DNA of 64,000 bases from the IMG/VR virus record IMGVR_UViG_2854078061_000001, positions 32,001 to 96,000 of that record; one strand, given 5' to 3'. The position numbers and the translations under genes are program-made. The stretch is from a virus (taxonomy: Duplodnaviria > Caudoviricetes). This document shows, piece after piece, positions 19,731-31,300 of the stretch. Below the pieces are notes generated by a model. That model worked only from the letters and a program-made list of their open reading frames with translations, was not told where the DNA came from and did no database searches. The first letter of the stretch is position 1. Each line of letters starts with the position of its first letter.

Positions 19731-19731
19731 T

Positions 19732-19980
19732 ATGGGTTGGTTTAAGAAGAAAACAAAGAAACCGCAGAAAATAACCAAGTGTCCTACCTGTGGCGGCTTG
19801 TTGACAAAGCAGACTGGACTGGAGCACGAATTTACTTATAAAAATCAGATGGTTCATGTGCCGGATATCACGGCGATGGTATGCGGTGATTGTGGCGAGA
19901 TGTATTTTGATTATACCGAATTCGAGCGTATTTCAAATTATGTTCATGAAGCAGTTGATGGGAAGGATGAAACAGAATGA
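19732..19980 (+). CDS. YgiT/MqsA-type zinc-finger protein
   Basis: CPTCGG...VPDITAMVCGDCGEMYF pattern. Confidence 0.75.
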   Translation: MGWFKKKTKKPQKITKCPTCGGLLTKQTGLEHEFTYKNQMVHVPDITAMVCGDCGEMYFDYTEFERISNYVHEAVDGKDETE

Positions 19981-20261
19981 GTTATCGGTGTTTTAAAATA
20001 ACAATCATTACTTTGATAGCTGTAATATGTTTATGTTTAGGTATTGGAATTTGGGCATCTATTCCGCGCAAAAACAATGTAGGCGATAAATCTATTTATA
20101 ATGGAAGCTCTTTGTACAGTATTTCCAACACGAAACTTATTTACGATGAGAACACAAGAATTATGTATTATTGGCTACATAGTGGATATATGTCTCCATA
20201 CTATAATGCACATGGACAACTTTGCCGCTATATTGATGGCGAAATTATACCAATCGAGTAA
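19977..20261 (+). CDS. membrane-anchored protein (DUF6440-like)
   Basis: N-terminal TM; IYDENTRIMYY...MSPYYNAHG pattern. Confidence 0.65.
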   Translation: MSYRCFKITIITLIAVICLCLGIGIWASIPRKNNVGDKSIYNGSSLYSISNTKLIYDENTRIMYYWLHSGYMSPYYNAHGQLCRYIDGEIIPIE

Positions 20262-20270
20262 GGAGGTTAA

Positions 20271-21083
20271 ATGGCATATACAACTTTCTACTGTAATGAG
20301 AATATACTGCTCGATCATTGGCAGGACTATCACGAGTCAAATCTGATGCTGCGAAATCTGCTGAAGCGAACCTCCCTCTCCCCTATTGAATGCGCCACCA
20401 TTTATTATGAGCGGATGAAAAATCCTGAGTCTGTCAGCTATGACCGTAGCCACTTGATCCAGACGTTCAGCAGAGGCCGTAAAAATAACGCGCCCATACT
20501 TGACGTACATCAAGTTGTGCTTTATCAGAAAGATCTGGACTATATCACAGAGGCGCGCCGAAAGTATCATATCAACTACGCACAATTACGTGTTCTGTTT
20601 GGGGTAATATTCTTCTGCCGGCTGTATGGAAGCGATACCTTTGCCTTGGATACCGAGTTCAAGATGAAACGTTTTGGTGGCTGCTTTGAAGAGCAGACAG
20701 AGATCATGTATTGCGCTGGGAAGAACTAGGACGACGGCTATAATACAGTGCGGGGCATGAAAGAGATTTCTGACGACTATCACCTGCTGAACAGAACCGG
20801 CACTGACGACATTGGATGCTTATACCAGTACCAAAATTTTGCCCTTGATAAGAATGACACGATTGCGTACACGTTCAATGTGACGCTTGAAAACAATCGG
20901 CTGAATTTAAGCGCCATAGTGCGAGAGCTATTTGACCCGAAGGAATGTTATTGCATCGTGTGTGGCGAACAGTATCACTCAGAAAAGCCAAATGCCAGCA
21001 GATATTGCAAAGGATGTGCGGCAAAGAAAGAACAGGCACGTCTAGCGAAAAAGAATGCGAATCGAAACAAACGACCGAAATGA
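20271..21083 (+). CDS. hypothetical protein with C-terminal zinc finger (270 aa; internal TAG 20727)
   Basis: Frame continuous across TAG; CIVCG...YCKGC. Confidence 0.75.
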
Positions 21084-21159
21084 ACTTTAAGTTCTTAATA
21101 TATGAAAGGGTGTTGTATATTTCCCTTTCGATTATAAATTACAAAGGAGATTTATTATA

Positions 21160-21357
21160 ATGGTTGAAATTACTAAGCGTGAGGCAGAGTATCTGCGTAA
21201 GGTTATTCCCGGTGTCCATATCACTCGTACCGTTCATCACTGGTATGCGGAGGAAATCAAGTCTGTGCTGACTCAGCTGCCTGGCAATCCCGAGGCAGAA
21301 GAGGCGCTACGCGAACTGAACCGCACCCAGCGTACCAACACCAATTTTGAGATCTGA
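21160..21357 (+). CDS. hypothetical phage protein (65 aa)
   Basis: AAGGAG RBS; ITKREAEYLR motif. Confidence 0.75.
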   Translation: MVEITKREAEYLRKVIPGVHITRTVHHWYAEEIKSVLTQLPGNPEAEEALRELNRTQRTNTNFEI

Positions 21358-21365
21358 GGTGGCGC

Positions 21366-22550
21366 ATGGACGAATTTAAGAAAGCGGACGGCGAGACCTT
21401 TGATGAATATATGATGCGGATTGGTGAGGCATGCAGCGAACGTAAGCTGACTTAGAATCAGGCAGCAGAACTGCTGAATGAAGCAACCGGCTCAGACTAT
21501 GGCGAATGCAGATATCGCAAGACCTATAAGTCGTGGAAAGATGGTTATGACTACGCTATTGATCACGCCAACGAAGAAACGATCCAGGATGAACTACAGC
21601 GACTGAAGATTGAAAAGATCAAATTACAAGATGAACGCAATGCAGCAAACAAAGTGTATCGCGATGTTGCCCGTGCCGAATCCATCAAGGAATTGATTCT
21701 GAAGAACGTTGCTCCGTATAACCCTGACAATTTTCTGAATGTTGTGCAATACGAAGGCAGCGGCCACGATGTGATTGTGTGCTTGTCTGATTTACATGCT
21801 GGCGCGGGTATTGATTCGGCGTGGAATAAGTTCAACAAGGATATCCTAAAGGCTCGGCTTGAGAGTTATGCTGCACAGGTGTTCAATATCGTAGCGCGAC
21901 ATACAGCCGAAAAGATTCATGTGCTGCTGTTGGGCGACCTGATCAATGGGCATATCCATGTTAATACCCGCGTGCAGAACAATGAAAACAGCATTGAGCA
22001 GGTTATGACGGCTGCAGAGCTGGTAAGTAATTTTGTTGCTACACTGTACGAGGTATGCCAGCATATTGACGTGTATTCTGTGAGTGGCAATCATTCACGA
22101 GTATTCCCCAGCAAAGAGGATCAGGTAGCAGGTGACGAACTTGAAGCACTGATTCCGTTCTATATGAAGGCACGACTGCAAAATCTGGCTGGCATTGATA
22201 TTAAAACAGAGAAGCTCGATCCGACCTTTGGTGGCTTTAAGGCTAGGAATAGTCTTGTGATGTACGCACATGGAGATAAGGACTCCCCTGCTAACGTCGT
22301 TGAGCACCTGACACTGATGGTGAAGCAGCCAATCGACATGGTGTTCCTTGGTCACCGCCACACAAACGGCATGACAACGGTGCATGGTACGAAGGTTATT
22401 GAGAGCGGCTGCGTTTGTGGCAGCGATTCCTATGCAATTGGACTGCGCAAAAATGATGTGCCGCAGCAGGCAGTGGCTGTAATCGATGACAGCGGCCTAG
22501 AATGTCTGTACGATGTCAAGCTGGAGAAGCCAGCAAAGATAGTAATTTAA
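21366..22550 (+). CDS. calcineurin-like metallophosphoesterase with N-terminal helical domain, YonJ-like (394 aa; internal TAG 21453)
   Basis: SDLH, GD, GNH, HGD, GHRH motifs; N-terminal KLT*NQAAELLN matches the LTWxxxAxxLN pattern. Confidence 0.85.
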
Positions 22551-22561
22551 TAGAGATTTTG

Positions 22562-22592
22562 ATGCCCTGGGCTACGGCCTGGGGCATTTTTA
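22562..22592 (+). terminator. intrinsic terminator
   Basis: ATGCCCTGGGC-TACG-GCCTGGGGCAT followed by TTTT. Confidence 0.7.
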
Positions 22593-22597
22593 TATGT

Positions 22598-22674
22598 CGC
22601 AGGTGACAGCGCCGGTGTGCTGACCAGCCTCATAAGCTGTGTTTGGATGCGTTCAACTCGCATACCTGTACCCA
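22598..22674 (+). tRNA. tRNA with CAT anticodon (Met or Ile2), atypical
   Basis: Acceptor CGCAGGT/ACCTGTA; anticodon arm CAGC-CTCATAA-GCTG; T arm ATGCG-TTCAACT-CGCAT; encoded CCA. Confidence 0.7.
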
Positions 22675-22710
22675 CAAAAATAAGTTAAAAAGGAGGGTTC
22701 CAAATTAGAG

Positions 22711-22974
22711 ATGGAAGAAAAATATCACAAAGATTTAGGAGGCGATTACTTCTACTGCTATTCCAGACGGACAGCACTGTTTGTTCGCGCTATGGGAATT
22801 TTTTACGAAGAGATTGGAGAGCACCCGGTAACTGGCTCTGTATATACAAAATTCCGCAAGACGAAAAAACTGAATGAAGTTTTAAAACTATAGGATCAGA
22901 TCAAATATCGCTTCGATGATATGATGGACGATGGAACGGTGGTGATTGGCTATGGCCAGAGTTGCCGCAGATAA
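22711..22974 (+). CDS. small protein, DUF5659-like (87 aa; internal TAG 22891)
   Basis: YFYCYS...HPVTGSVYTKF...LNEVLKL*DQIK; read-through end overlaps next gene. Confidence 0.7.
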
Positions 22975-23950
22975 GAAACCGCCTCGTATCAAGGTTCCGC
23001 CCTCTTGGAGTGGTGGCAAATGTATGTGTTGCGGAAAAATCTATGACGTGCGCAAAGGTAATTTCTCAAAAACGAAGAGTCAATGGTTTATTGGTAACGA
23101 CGGATACCTCCCGTGGTGCAATGAGTGCCGTGAGAAGATGTTTGAGTTTTATGTTAAGAAGTATAACGATGAAGATGAAGCGATTGACCGTCTGGCTATG
23201 ATGTTCGATACCTATGTAAATGATAAATTGCTTGACGCATCAGAACATTCTGTGGCATCTGCTTTAAAAATTAACACCTATATGGGACGGCTTAATATAC
23301 GTCAGTATGCAGATAAATCTTATGACGATGTGATCGACCAGAAGAAAAAAGACGCTTTGGCTGCCGGTGATACAAAGGGGACAAAGGTCACTCTGAAGAT
23401 GAGAAAATTCTGGGGTACTGGTCTGGATGAAAAAGATTATTTATTCCTTGATGAGCACTATCAAAATCTTATCACTAGACATGAATGTAAGACGGCCGCA
23501 CAAGAAATTCTGTTCAAACGCATTGCAAAGGCAGAACTTAATTGCGATAAGGCTGATGCCACTGGCGACACAAAGAAAATAAAAGAAGCAAACGACAACC
23601 TGCAGAACCTGATGGGGTCCGCTCAGATCAAACCGAATCAGACGAACGATAACGCATTGGCTGAAACGAATACTTTTGGCACGCTGATTCAGAAATAGGA
23701 AGAGGAAGAGCCGATTCCAGAACCGTCGCCAGAGTGGCAGGACGTTGATGGTATCGGTAAGTATTTTAGAGTGTGGGTGCTGGGTACGTTGCTTAAGATG
23801 TTCAACTTGAAGAATCCATATCAAGACGAATTTGACGAAGAGTTTGAACGATATACTGCTCATAAACCAGAGACAAATGAGGACGATGACACAGATACTA
23901 GCCTCCGCGAAACTATTTTCGGTATTGGCGAAGGCGGTGGTTCCGCATGA
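22952..23950 (+). CDS. putative terminase small subunit, YonG-like (332 aa; internal TAG 23696)
   Basis: N-terminal CxxC...CxxC; FGTLIQK*EEEEPIPEP; read-through TGA forms an ATGA overlap with the terminase large start. Confidence 0.75.
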
Positions 23951-25704
23951 GTAAAGAGAAATTAACAGATAAGGAAGTAGCGAATACAAAATCAGAAAAA
24001 ATAATGAACGCAGTTGCCATGAGGGCATCATTCTATAGAGCGAATCCTCAGCGGTTTGCAAAAGACTATTTAAACCTGACATTGAAGCCATTCCAAGAGC
24101 TACTATTGTTTTTGATGGTGAGATGCACCGGCTTCTGCTTCATTGCTGCTCGCGGCCTTGGTAAGTCATTTCTAACCGCAGTTTTCTGTGTGATTACATG
24201 TATTCTATGGCCTGGTTCCAAGGTTTGTATCGCCTGTAAAGTAAGAAGCCAATCTATCAGTATTTTGGATGAAAAGATAATGAAGGAGATCTACCCCAAC
24301 AGTCCCCTTCTACGCTCTGAAATCAAAAAGGTCGATATCAACAATCAGAAAGCAGAGATTATATTTAAGAACGGCAGCTATATCAAAGTAGTCACTGCCA
24401 CAGATAGTAGTCGTGGTAGTCGAGCTACACTTCTCATCTGTGATGAATATAGATTGCTTTCTAAAGATGTTATAGATTTGATTTTGAAGAAGTTCCTGAA
24501 TATTGTTCGTCATCCTGGATATTTGGACAAGCCACAATATGCACATCTTGCAGAGCGAAACAAAGAATTCTACCTAAGTTCCGCTTGGTTCCAAAACCAT
24601 TGGAGCTATGAAAAATGTCAGGACTACTTTGTAAATATGATCGACTTTAATAAGAAATATTTCTGCGTATCCTTCCCGTATCAAATGTCAATCAAGAGCG
24701 GCTTGCTGTTGAAAGAAGCTGTAGAGGACGAAATGAGTGAATCAAGTTTTTCTGATTTGACATTTGCAATGGAGAATGAATGTAAGTGGCTTGGTGCTAC
24801 TGAGGGTGGGTTATTCCAATTTGATGACATCAACAAAACGCGCGTCATTGAAAAGGCGTTCTACGCACCGAATCTTTTACTTAATCAAGCTGCTATGGAC
24901 GTGCCGAAAAAGAAAAATGGCGAAGTACGAATTCTCACCGCCGATATTGCATTGATGAGCAGTCGCAAAAACGACAACGATGCAACCAGTATCTTCTTGA
25001 ATTGTATGCTGCCAAATAAATCAGGGCGCTATACTAGCAATTTTGTCTATTCAGAGAACATTGAGGGTATGAGTGCGCAAGATCAGGCACTAAAACTGCG
25101 ACGGTATTTCGATTATTTCAACTGTGATTATATCGGGGTTGACTGTAGAGGTGTTGGATTGCCTCTGGTTGACCTGTTGATGCGCGATATGTATGACCCA
25201 GAAACAGGCGAAACATATCCTGCGATTAGCTGCTGTAACAATCAAGAAATCGCATCTCGCTGTTCTGACAAAAATGCCAAAAAGGTCATCTAGGCAATTA
25301 TGGGCAGCTCTCAGTTTAACAGTGATGTAGCCATTGGATTACGCAGCGGTTTCCAGCAAGGACGTATCCATCTGCTTCAGAGTGAGTACGGATGTGAAGA
25401 CCAGTTGCGCAAAATCTATAAAGGCTATGATAAAATGTCGCCTACTGAACGAGCCGCACTACAGATGCCATATATCAATACCGGGCTTGCTGTAAACGAA
25501 CTTGTAAATCTGGGCTACGAAACCGTAAATAACGTTATCAAAGTCAAGGAGAAATCCGGCTGCCGTAAAGACCGCTACTCTTCCCTGTCTTACAACTATT
25601 ACATTGCGCAGCAAGTTGAACGAAGCATGGAGAAGAAGAATAAAAAGCCAACTTCGCTCACGTTTAACTTTAGAGCGCCTGTATTAAAGAAGGGAGGACT
25701 GTAA
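23947..25704 (+). CDS. terL: terminase large subunit (585 aa; internal TAG 25291)
   Basis: Walker A ARGLGKS, Walker B LICDE, LSSA, nuclease ADIA and C-terminal KDRYSS (after the TAG). Confidence 0.92.
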
Positions 25705-27227
25705 TGGCTGAAGATAAAATGCAGAAAAAGGTCCGCGTAACAAATGCCAAAGATGGCAAGACCTCTTATGTAACATATCAGGATCTTGTCAATGGCGTTT
25801 ATGCGAACCTGTCACATATCGGTATCCGTAATCTGGCATCGAATACCGACACAAATCCGACATATACAAAATATACGAAAGATCAGATCGTCACCTATCT
25901 TGGCAACCCCGCCAACTATGAGAAGCAGCTGCGAAATATGAGTAAATATCTATTCAATATTTCAAACTACTATCGCCGACTGATTCAGTATTTTGCGAAT
26001 ATGTCTACATATTCTTACACGATTTCTCCGTATGGACTTGATCGCTCTAAGACAATTAACGCCAATAAATTTAAGAAGGCGTATTATTCTGCTGTAACAG
26101 CAGTTGAGCTGATGAATATCCCGCACGAAGCCACGAAGATACTGACAATTGCATTCCGCGATGACGTTTACTATGGCTATGCGTGGGAGACAAATGACAG
26201 TTTTGCTTTTCAAAATCTTGATGCAGACTATTGTAAAATAAGCAGCATTGAGGACGGCGTTTATAACTTTGCTTTTGATTTTTCTTATTTTGATTCCAAC
26301 AAAGACAAGCTGCCCAACTATCCGCCAGAGTTTGAGACGATGTATAACCAATATAAGGCTGACTCGCAGAACTACAAGTGGCAGGAGCTGGACAGTTCCA
26401 AGTCCATTTGCATCAAAGTAAACGAGCACGATTATATCCCCATTCCCCCGTTTGTGAGTTTGTTTAGTGCGCTTGCCGATATTGAAGACTACCGTGCCAT
26501 CAGTAAAAACGCAAGTGAGACCAATAACTATAAGGCGCTGGCAATGGAGATCCCAGTGAATGATACTGACGGCTCTTTCCTGATCGACTATGATACAGCA
26601 AAAGAGTTCTATGACATGATGAGTAATGTACTGCCGTCGAATATTGGCGCAATTCTTACTCCCATGAAAATCAGCAGCTAGAACTTTGAAAAGAGCGGCG
26701 TGAACAGTGACTCTAAAGAGGTCGCAAATGCTGAGGCCGCATTCTTTACAAGCGCTGGCGTGAATAAAAATCTGTTCGGCGGTGGCGAAGATCCTTCTGC
26801 TACTACCCTGCAGCTGTGTACTGTGAATGACCAGGAGATCGTGTTTGCAGTGATGCGACAGTTGGAACGCTGGATCAATCGCAAGCTGAAGAGCGTTTCC
26901 AGTTCTTATAGGTTCCGCCTAAACTTTCTACCAGTTACTCATTATAACGTGACTGAGATGCATGAAAGATATCTCAAGGATGCCACCTATGGTATGCCGA
27001 CTCGAACCGCAGCTCTTGCAACTACTGGTTATGCGGGTAGCGATTATGAGAACATGACTTATCTTGAAAATGAAATCTTGAGACTTAGTGCTGGTGAAAC
27101 ACCGCTCAAGAGCTCCAATACTCAGTCCGGTTCCGCCGGGGATGAAGGTGGCCGCCCAACAAATGCAAGTAAGGGCGAGGGCCTGTCTGATGCTGGCAAT
27201 GTAAGCGCCGATAGACAGGAGGCATAA
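25704..27227 (+). CDS. portal protein, YonE-like (507 aa; internal TAG 26679)
   Basis: Directly after terminase; NYYRRLIQYFA motif; frame open across TAG; portal-typical size. Confidence 0.85.
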
Positions 27228-27228
27228 G

Positions 27229-27444
27229 ATGAGTCAGGAGATTTATGAAGTTATCGTACACGGAGCACACTCCGCCGGGATGGCAAAGTTCCTGACCGAC
27301 CGTGGCGCTCTGATGCTACGAATAGACCCAACAAACAAGTATGTTTTTGTATACGATTCTGTGTTTGAAAATGCTCTGGCTGAGTTGCAGGTTGCGATTC
27401 GCCAGGGCTTTTATTTTGCTGACGAGGAGGTGAAAACAGAATGA
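27229..27444 (+). CDS. small hypothetical protein
   Basis: AGGAGG RBS; operon packing. Confidence 0.65.
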   Translation: MSQEIYEVIVHGAHSAGMAKFLTDRGALMLRIDPTNKYVFVYDSVFENALAELQVAIRQGFYFADEEVKTE

Positions 27445-29084
27445 ATCAACGATATCCGGTTTCTTTTATTAAGAAGGGCGAATACGAATCTTCTGATTTT
27501 CGCTTCATTGATGTCAGCATTGATGTAATGCACACTGGAGCAAACCTCAATAAGACAAGTTTCACAAAAGACGCGATCAACAAAGCAGTACCGACAATCC
27601 GTAATACGCCGATCCTGGGCTACGTTGTAGATGAACTTGACGAGGAAGACAAGGACTTTAAAGGACATGAACATGAACTGCGGATCACCGACAAAGACGT
27701 GAAGTACGTCTATGCTGGTCAAGCTTATGGTGTTATCCCTGAATCTTGTAATCCTCGCTGGATCGTTAAGGATGACGGCACCGGTATTGAACGGGAGTAT
27801 TTGCGTGTTGATGGTTTGATTTGGACAAAATTTAGCGATCCTGTAGATATTTTTACCCGCGATGGTACGAAGAATCACAGTGTTGAGCTGACCGATATGG
27901 CTTGTGGCCCCGCAGATAAGAACGGCAACGTTCCTGTGGGGTCTTTTAAATTTGACGGTTGCTGCATTCTGTCTACGACTGATCCGAGTATCAAGCCCGC
28001 TATGACAGGCAGCTGCGTTACTGCCAATTTTTCTGTTGAAGATATTACTGCTCAGATCCGCGATCGGCTCTATGAGTATCAAGCAATTCAGCAGAACTAT
28101 ACTGCGCAAAATGATAATCCATCCGATGAGGAGAAAGGAGATACAACGCCAATGAATGAAAATGAAATTAAGACTCCTGGCGTCGAGGAGAATCAGGTTC
28201 CTGCTGAGAACACGGTAGCCCCTACCGAACCAGCCGGGAATGAGGCTACTCCTCCCAATGAAAACACTGTGACTGAGCCTGCAGCGGCCCCCGCTGAGGA
28301 GAATGCCGCACCTACTACGGAACCCGAGCCTGCTCCTGCCGAGCCCGCCGGAACTGAGAATACTGCTCCTACCGAGAATGAGCCCGCTGCTGGTGCTGAG
28401 TTTACTCTAAGCGCCAATCAGCTTCGAGACGAAATTTATAATGCGTTGCTAAAAGTTCAGGTTCCTTCTCGATGGGATTCTGACTGTATGATTCCTAAGT
28501 ATTGGCTCACCGATATTCTGGACAGCGAGGTAATTGTGACCGATTCTGGCACGTATCAGCTAATGGGTATTCCCTACTCTATGAATGGCGACAATGTTGT
28601 TCTGGATTACGCGAATATTAAGCGTAAGAAAGTCACTTATGAGGATTGGGACGAGGGCGACGTGATGCCTGGCCTAATCACTATGTTCTCTACTTTGACT
28701 GATAAGCTTGTTGAACTGTCTGATAGCTTTACTAAGGCAGCCAATGAAGTTAGCGAAATCAAACCCAAGCTGGAGGCTTACCAGAAGGCTGAGGAAGATG
28801 CAGTCGTCGCAGCAGAAAAAGCTAAGCGTGATGAGCTGTTTTCTGTTATGGACGAGAAGCTTGGTGCAGATGCTGAGTATATCGCATTGAAGGAGAACAA
28901 GGAGATCAGCTACTCCGATCTGGAGACCAAGTGCTATGCGCTGGTTGGCCGCAAGAGTGCCGAGTTTTCTTATGTTCCCAATAAAAACAACAAAGGAACT
29001 GTCCGCTTTGGCGTGGGTGGCACCCAGAACGGTTCAGATGTCGCGTATGGTGGTCTGATCGAACACTATCTCGGCAATAAGTAA
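27441..29084 (+). CDS. prohead protease/scaffold fusion, YonD-like
   Basis: HTGANLN, PILGY, HSVEL motifs; Pro/Glu/Ala-rich linker; coiled-coil C-terminus. Confidence 0.8.
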   Translation: MNQRYPVSFIKKGEYESSDFRFIDVSIDVMHTGANLNKTSFTKDAINKAVPTIRNTPILGYVVDELDEEDKDFKGHEHELRITDKDVKYVYAGQAYGVIPESCNPRWIVKDDGTGIEREYLRVDGLIWTKFSDPVDIFTRDGTKNHSVELTDMACGPADKNGNVPVGSFKFDGCCILSTTDPSIKPAMTGSCVTANFSVEDITAQIRDRLYEYQAIQQNYTAQNDNPSDEEKGDTTPMNENEIKTPGVEENQVPAENTVAPTEPAGNEATPPNENTVTEPAAAPAEENAAPTTEPEPAPAEPAGTENTAPTENEPAAGAEFTLSANQLRDEIYNALLKVQVPSRWDSDCMIPKYWLTDILDSEVIVTDSGTYQLMGIPYSMNGDNVVLDYANIKRKKVTYEDWDEGDVMPGLITMFSTLTDKLVELSDSFTKAANEVSEIKPKLEAYQKAEEDAVVAAEKAKRDELFSVMDEKLGADAEYIALKENKEISYSDLETKCYALVGRKSAEFSYVPNKNNKGTVRFGVGGTQNGSDVAYGGLIEHYLGNK

Positions 29085-29112
29085 TTTACCAAAAATTAGG
29101 AGGTACATAATT

Positions 29113-29625
29113 ATGGCTAATAATAAGCATGCTGTTGTGCGCATTGACAAGCTGGGTGGCACCCTGGATGGTGCTCAGCTGGAGAGTGCTATTTTCTACA
29201 AGGATTCCGATGCCGCTGAGATCGATAACGCTCAGCTGGTTGTTCTGGGCGAAAAGCTGGGTCGCGAGGTCTACAAGGCTACCGCTCCCACCGCAACTTC
29301 CACCGTTGCTGACCTGTATCTGACCGCTGGCGTCGAGCTGTTCTATGATCAGACCGTGGCACATTATCTGCCCGAGTGGGTCAATGAGGCTGGCAAGCCC
29401 GTGCGCGTTTACGCTCTGAATGTTTCTAAGGGTGGCTTCTCTGCTACTGCCGAGGCATTTAACGGCACCCCTGCAAAGGGCAAGTATGTCGGTTTTGCTG
29501 CCGATGACACCAAGATCCAGATTCAGGAGACTGCTGATGACAAGACCTTTGGCTGCATCGACTTTGTTGAGACTGTTGGTTTTGGCGATGGTCGCTATAC
29601 CTACTACATGATCACCCTGAAGTGA
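29113..29625 (+). CDS. putative capsid decoration protein
   Basis: Between protease and capsid; strongly biased codon usage. Confidence 0.7.
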   Translation: MANNKHAVVRIDKLGGTLDGAQLESAIFYKDSDAAEIDNAQLVVLGEKLGREVYKATAPTATSTVADLYLTAGVELFYDQTVAHYLPEWVNEAGKPVRVYALNVSKGGFSATAEAFNGTPAKGKYVGFAADDTKIQIQETADDKTFGCIDFVETVGFGDGRYTYYMITLK

Positions 29626-29651
29626 TTCCGAAGTTTTAAGAAATCAACATA

Positions 29652-29685
29652 AAGCCGTCCGTTTAAAGCGGGCGGCCATTTTTAT
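29652..29685 (+). terminator. intrinsic terminator/attenuator
   Basis: GCCGTCCG...CGGGCGGC hairpin followed by T run. Confidence 0.55.
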
Positions 29686-29702
29686 TATAGGAGGTTTATA
29701 CC

Positions 29703-30698
29703 ATGGCTATTGATTCTAATCTGGTCAAGCTGGCTCTCGATGGCTACAAGGGCCACGTTGCTGGTGATTATTCTGTGAACGACACCCAGGAGGCTCTGCG
29801 CAAGGCTCTGGTTGAGGCAAATGGCGGTTCCACCAAGCTGGACATTAAGGCTCTGCGTGATGGCAGCTGCTCCAAGGTGTTCGCTATTGTTGAGGAGCTG
29901 GTCAATGTTATTTCTGAGGAAGGTCTGAAGGGCGACGAGTTCTTTATGAACATGGTCGAGGACCGCAACCTGGCTCTGGGCGACACTCCCAAGTTCCACA
30001 TCGAGCGCGAGTGCCTGTTTGCTGTTGCCGATATCGCCGAGGGTACTCAGGGCGTGCGCCGTCAGCGTCTGGAAGCTGGTACTGACATCACCGTCAATAC
30101 TCAGCTGCACGCTATTAAGATCTACGAGGAGCTGAACCGTGTTCTGGCTGGCCGTATCGACTTTAACAAGTTTGTTGATATCGTTTCCAAGTCCTTCACC
30201 AAGGATGAGCTGGATTCTGCATATGCTGCATTCGTTGGCATGTTCAGCAAGCTGAATGCTCCCTACATTGAGACCGGCTCTTTTGACGAGGACAAGCTGC
30301 TGGACCTGATCGAGCATGTTGAGGCTTCTACTGGCGAGACCGCTGTGATTGTTGGCACCCGTAAGGCTCTGCGTCAGATCAAGACCGCCGTTGTGTCTGA
30401 TTCCGCCAAGGAAGATATGTACGCAATGGGTCACTTTGGCCGCTTCAATGGTACTGAGCTGATTGCTGTGAAGCAGCGTCACGCTACCGGTACCACCGAT
30501 TTCATCCTGGATGACAAGACCCTGTACGTTTTTGCTGGCGACACCAAGCCCATTAAGCGCGTTACCGAGGGTGATGTCACTATGCTGATGGGCACCCCGA
30601 TGAACAACGCCGATATGAGCCAGGAGTTCCTGATGATGAAGCGCACTGGCATTGCCATTGTGTTTGATCGTGACTTCGGCGCATACAAGATGGCCTAA
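29703..30698 (+). CDS. major capsid protein (SPbeta YonB-like)
   Basis: 331 aa; position; IAEGTQGVRRQRL and IKIYEEL motifs; high-expression codons. Confidence 0.85.
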   Translation: MAIDSNLVKLALDGYKGHVAGDYSVNDTQEALRKALVEANGGSTKLDIKALRDGSCSKVFAIVEELVNVISEEGLKGDEFFMNMVEDRNLALGDTPKFHIERECLFAVADIAEGTQGVRRQRLEAGTDITVNTQLHAIKIYEELNRVLAGRIDFNKFVDIVSKSFTKDELDSAYAAFVGMFSKLNAPYIETGSFDEDKLLDLIEHVEASTGETAVIVGTRKALRQIKTAVVSDSAKEDMYAMGHFGRFNGTELIAVKQRHATGTTDFILDDKTLYVFAGDTKPIKRVTEGDVTMLMGTPMNNADMSQEFLMMKRTGIAIVFDRDFGAYKMA

Positions 30699-30717
30699 TC
30701 GATAATTTGAGTTGAAT

Positions 30718-30750
30718 GGCGGTGGGGCAACAGCCCTGCCGCTTCTTTTA
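30718..30750 (+). terminator. intrinsic terminator
   Basis: GCGGTGGGGC...GCCCTGCCGC followed by TTCTTTT. Confidence 0.6.
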
Positions 30751-30767
30751 TTAAATAGGAGGAACGA

Positions 30768-31283
30768 ATGGCAAGACGTACAACTAAGACTACCGCCGCG
30801 AAAGCCGCTGCTCCCGTGGTGACTGAGCCTGTAGTCGAAATTACAAATGAGACCATGGTGGAGTGCCGCAATGGCACAGCTGGTAATCTGATTTATAAAT
30901 CCACCTTGAATCCCGGCTATACCGTTGAGTGGGAGGCTTTTGGCGATGTTCAGGAAATGGAGTATCGCGAGCTGGTTTCTATGCGCGGTAATCAGCGCCG
31001 GTTCTTTGAGGAAAATTGGATTTTGATCGATGATCCCGCCATTATCAAGAAGCTTGGCGTTGAGCGCTATTACAAAAATAGTCTGACCACCGACAACTTC
31101 AATGACGTGTTTACAATGCCCGCCGATGAGATTAAGAAGATCGTCCCGACACTGCCGGGCGGCACCAAGGATGCGATTGCATCTGAGGCTAAGAAAAAGA
31201 TCGAAACCGGTGAGCTGGACAGCCGCAGTGCGATTAAGGCGCTGGAGGACTCCCTGTCTGTTGAGTTGGAAGACACAATTTGA
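30768..31283 (+). CDS. head-associated hypothetical protein
   Basis: AGGAGG RBS; conserved position after capsid. Confidence 0.75.
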   Translation: MARRTTKTTAAKAAAPVVTEPVVEITNETMVECRNGTAGNLIYKSTLNPGYTVEWEAFGDVQEMEYRELVSMRGNQRRFFEENWILIDDPAIIKKLGVERYYKNSLTTDNFNDVFTMPADEIKKIVPTLPGGTKDAIASEAKKKIETGELDSRSAIKALEDSLSVELEDTI

Positions 31284-31300
31284 TGTAAAGGAGGCGGGTC

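Noticed and set aside
22598-22674. This tRNA as the amber suppressor
   Set aside because: Anticodon is CAT, not CTA.
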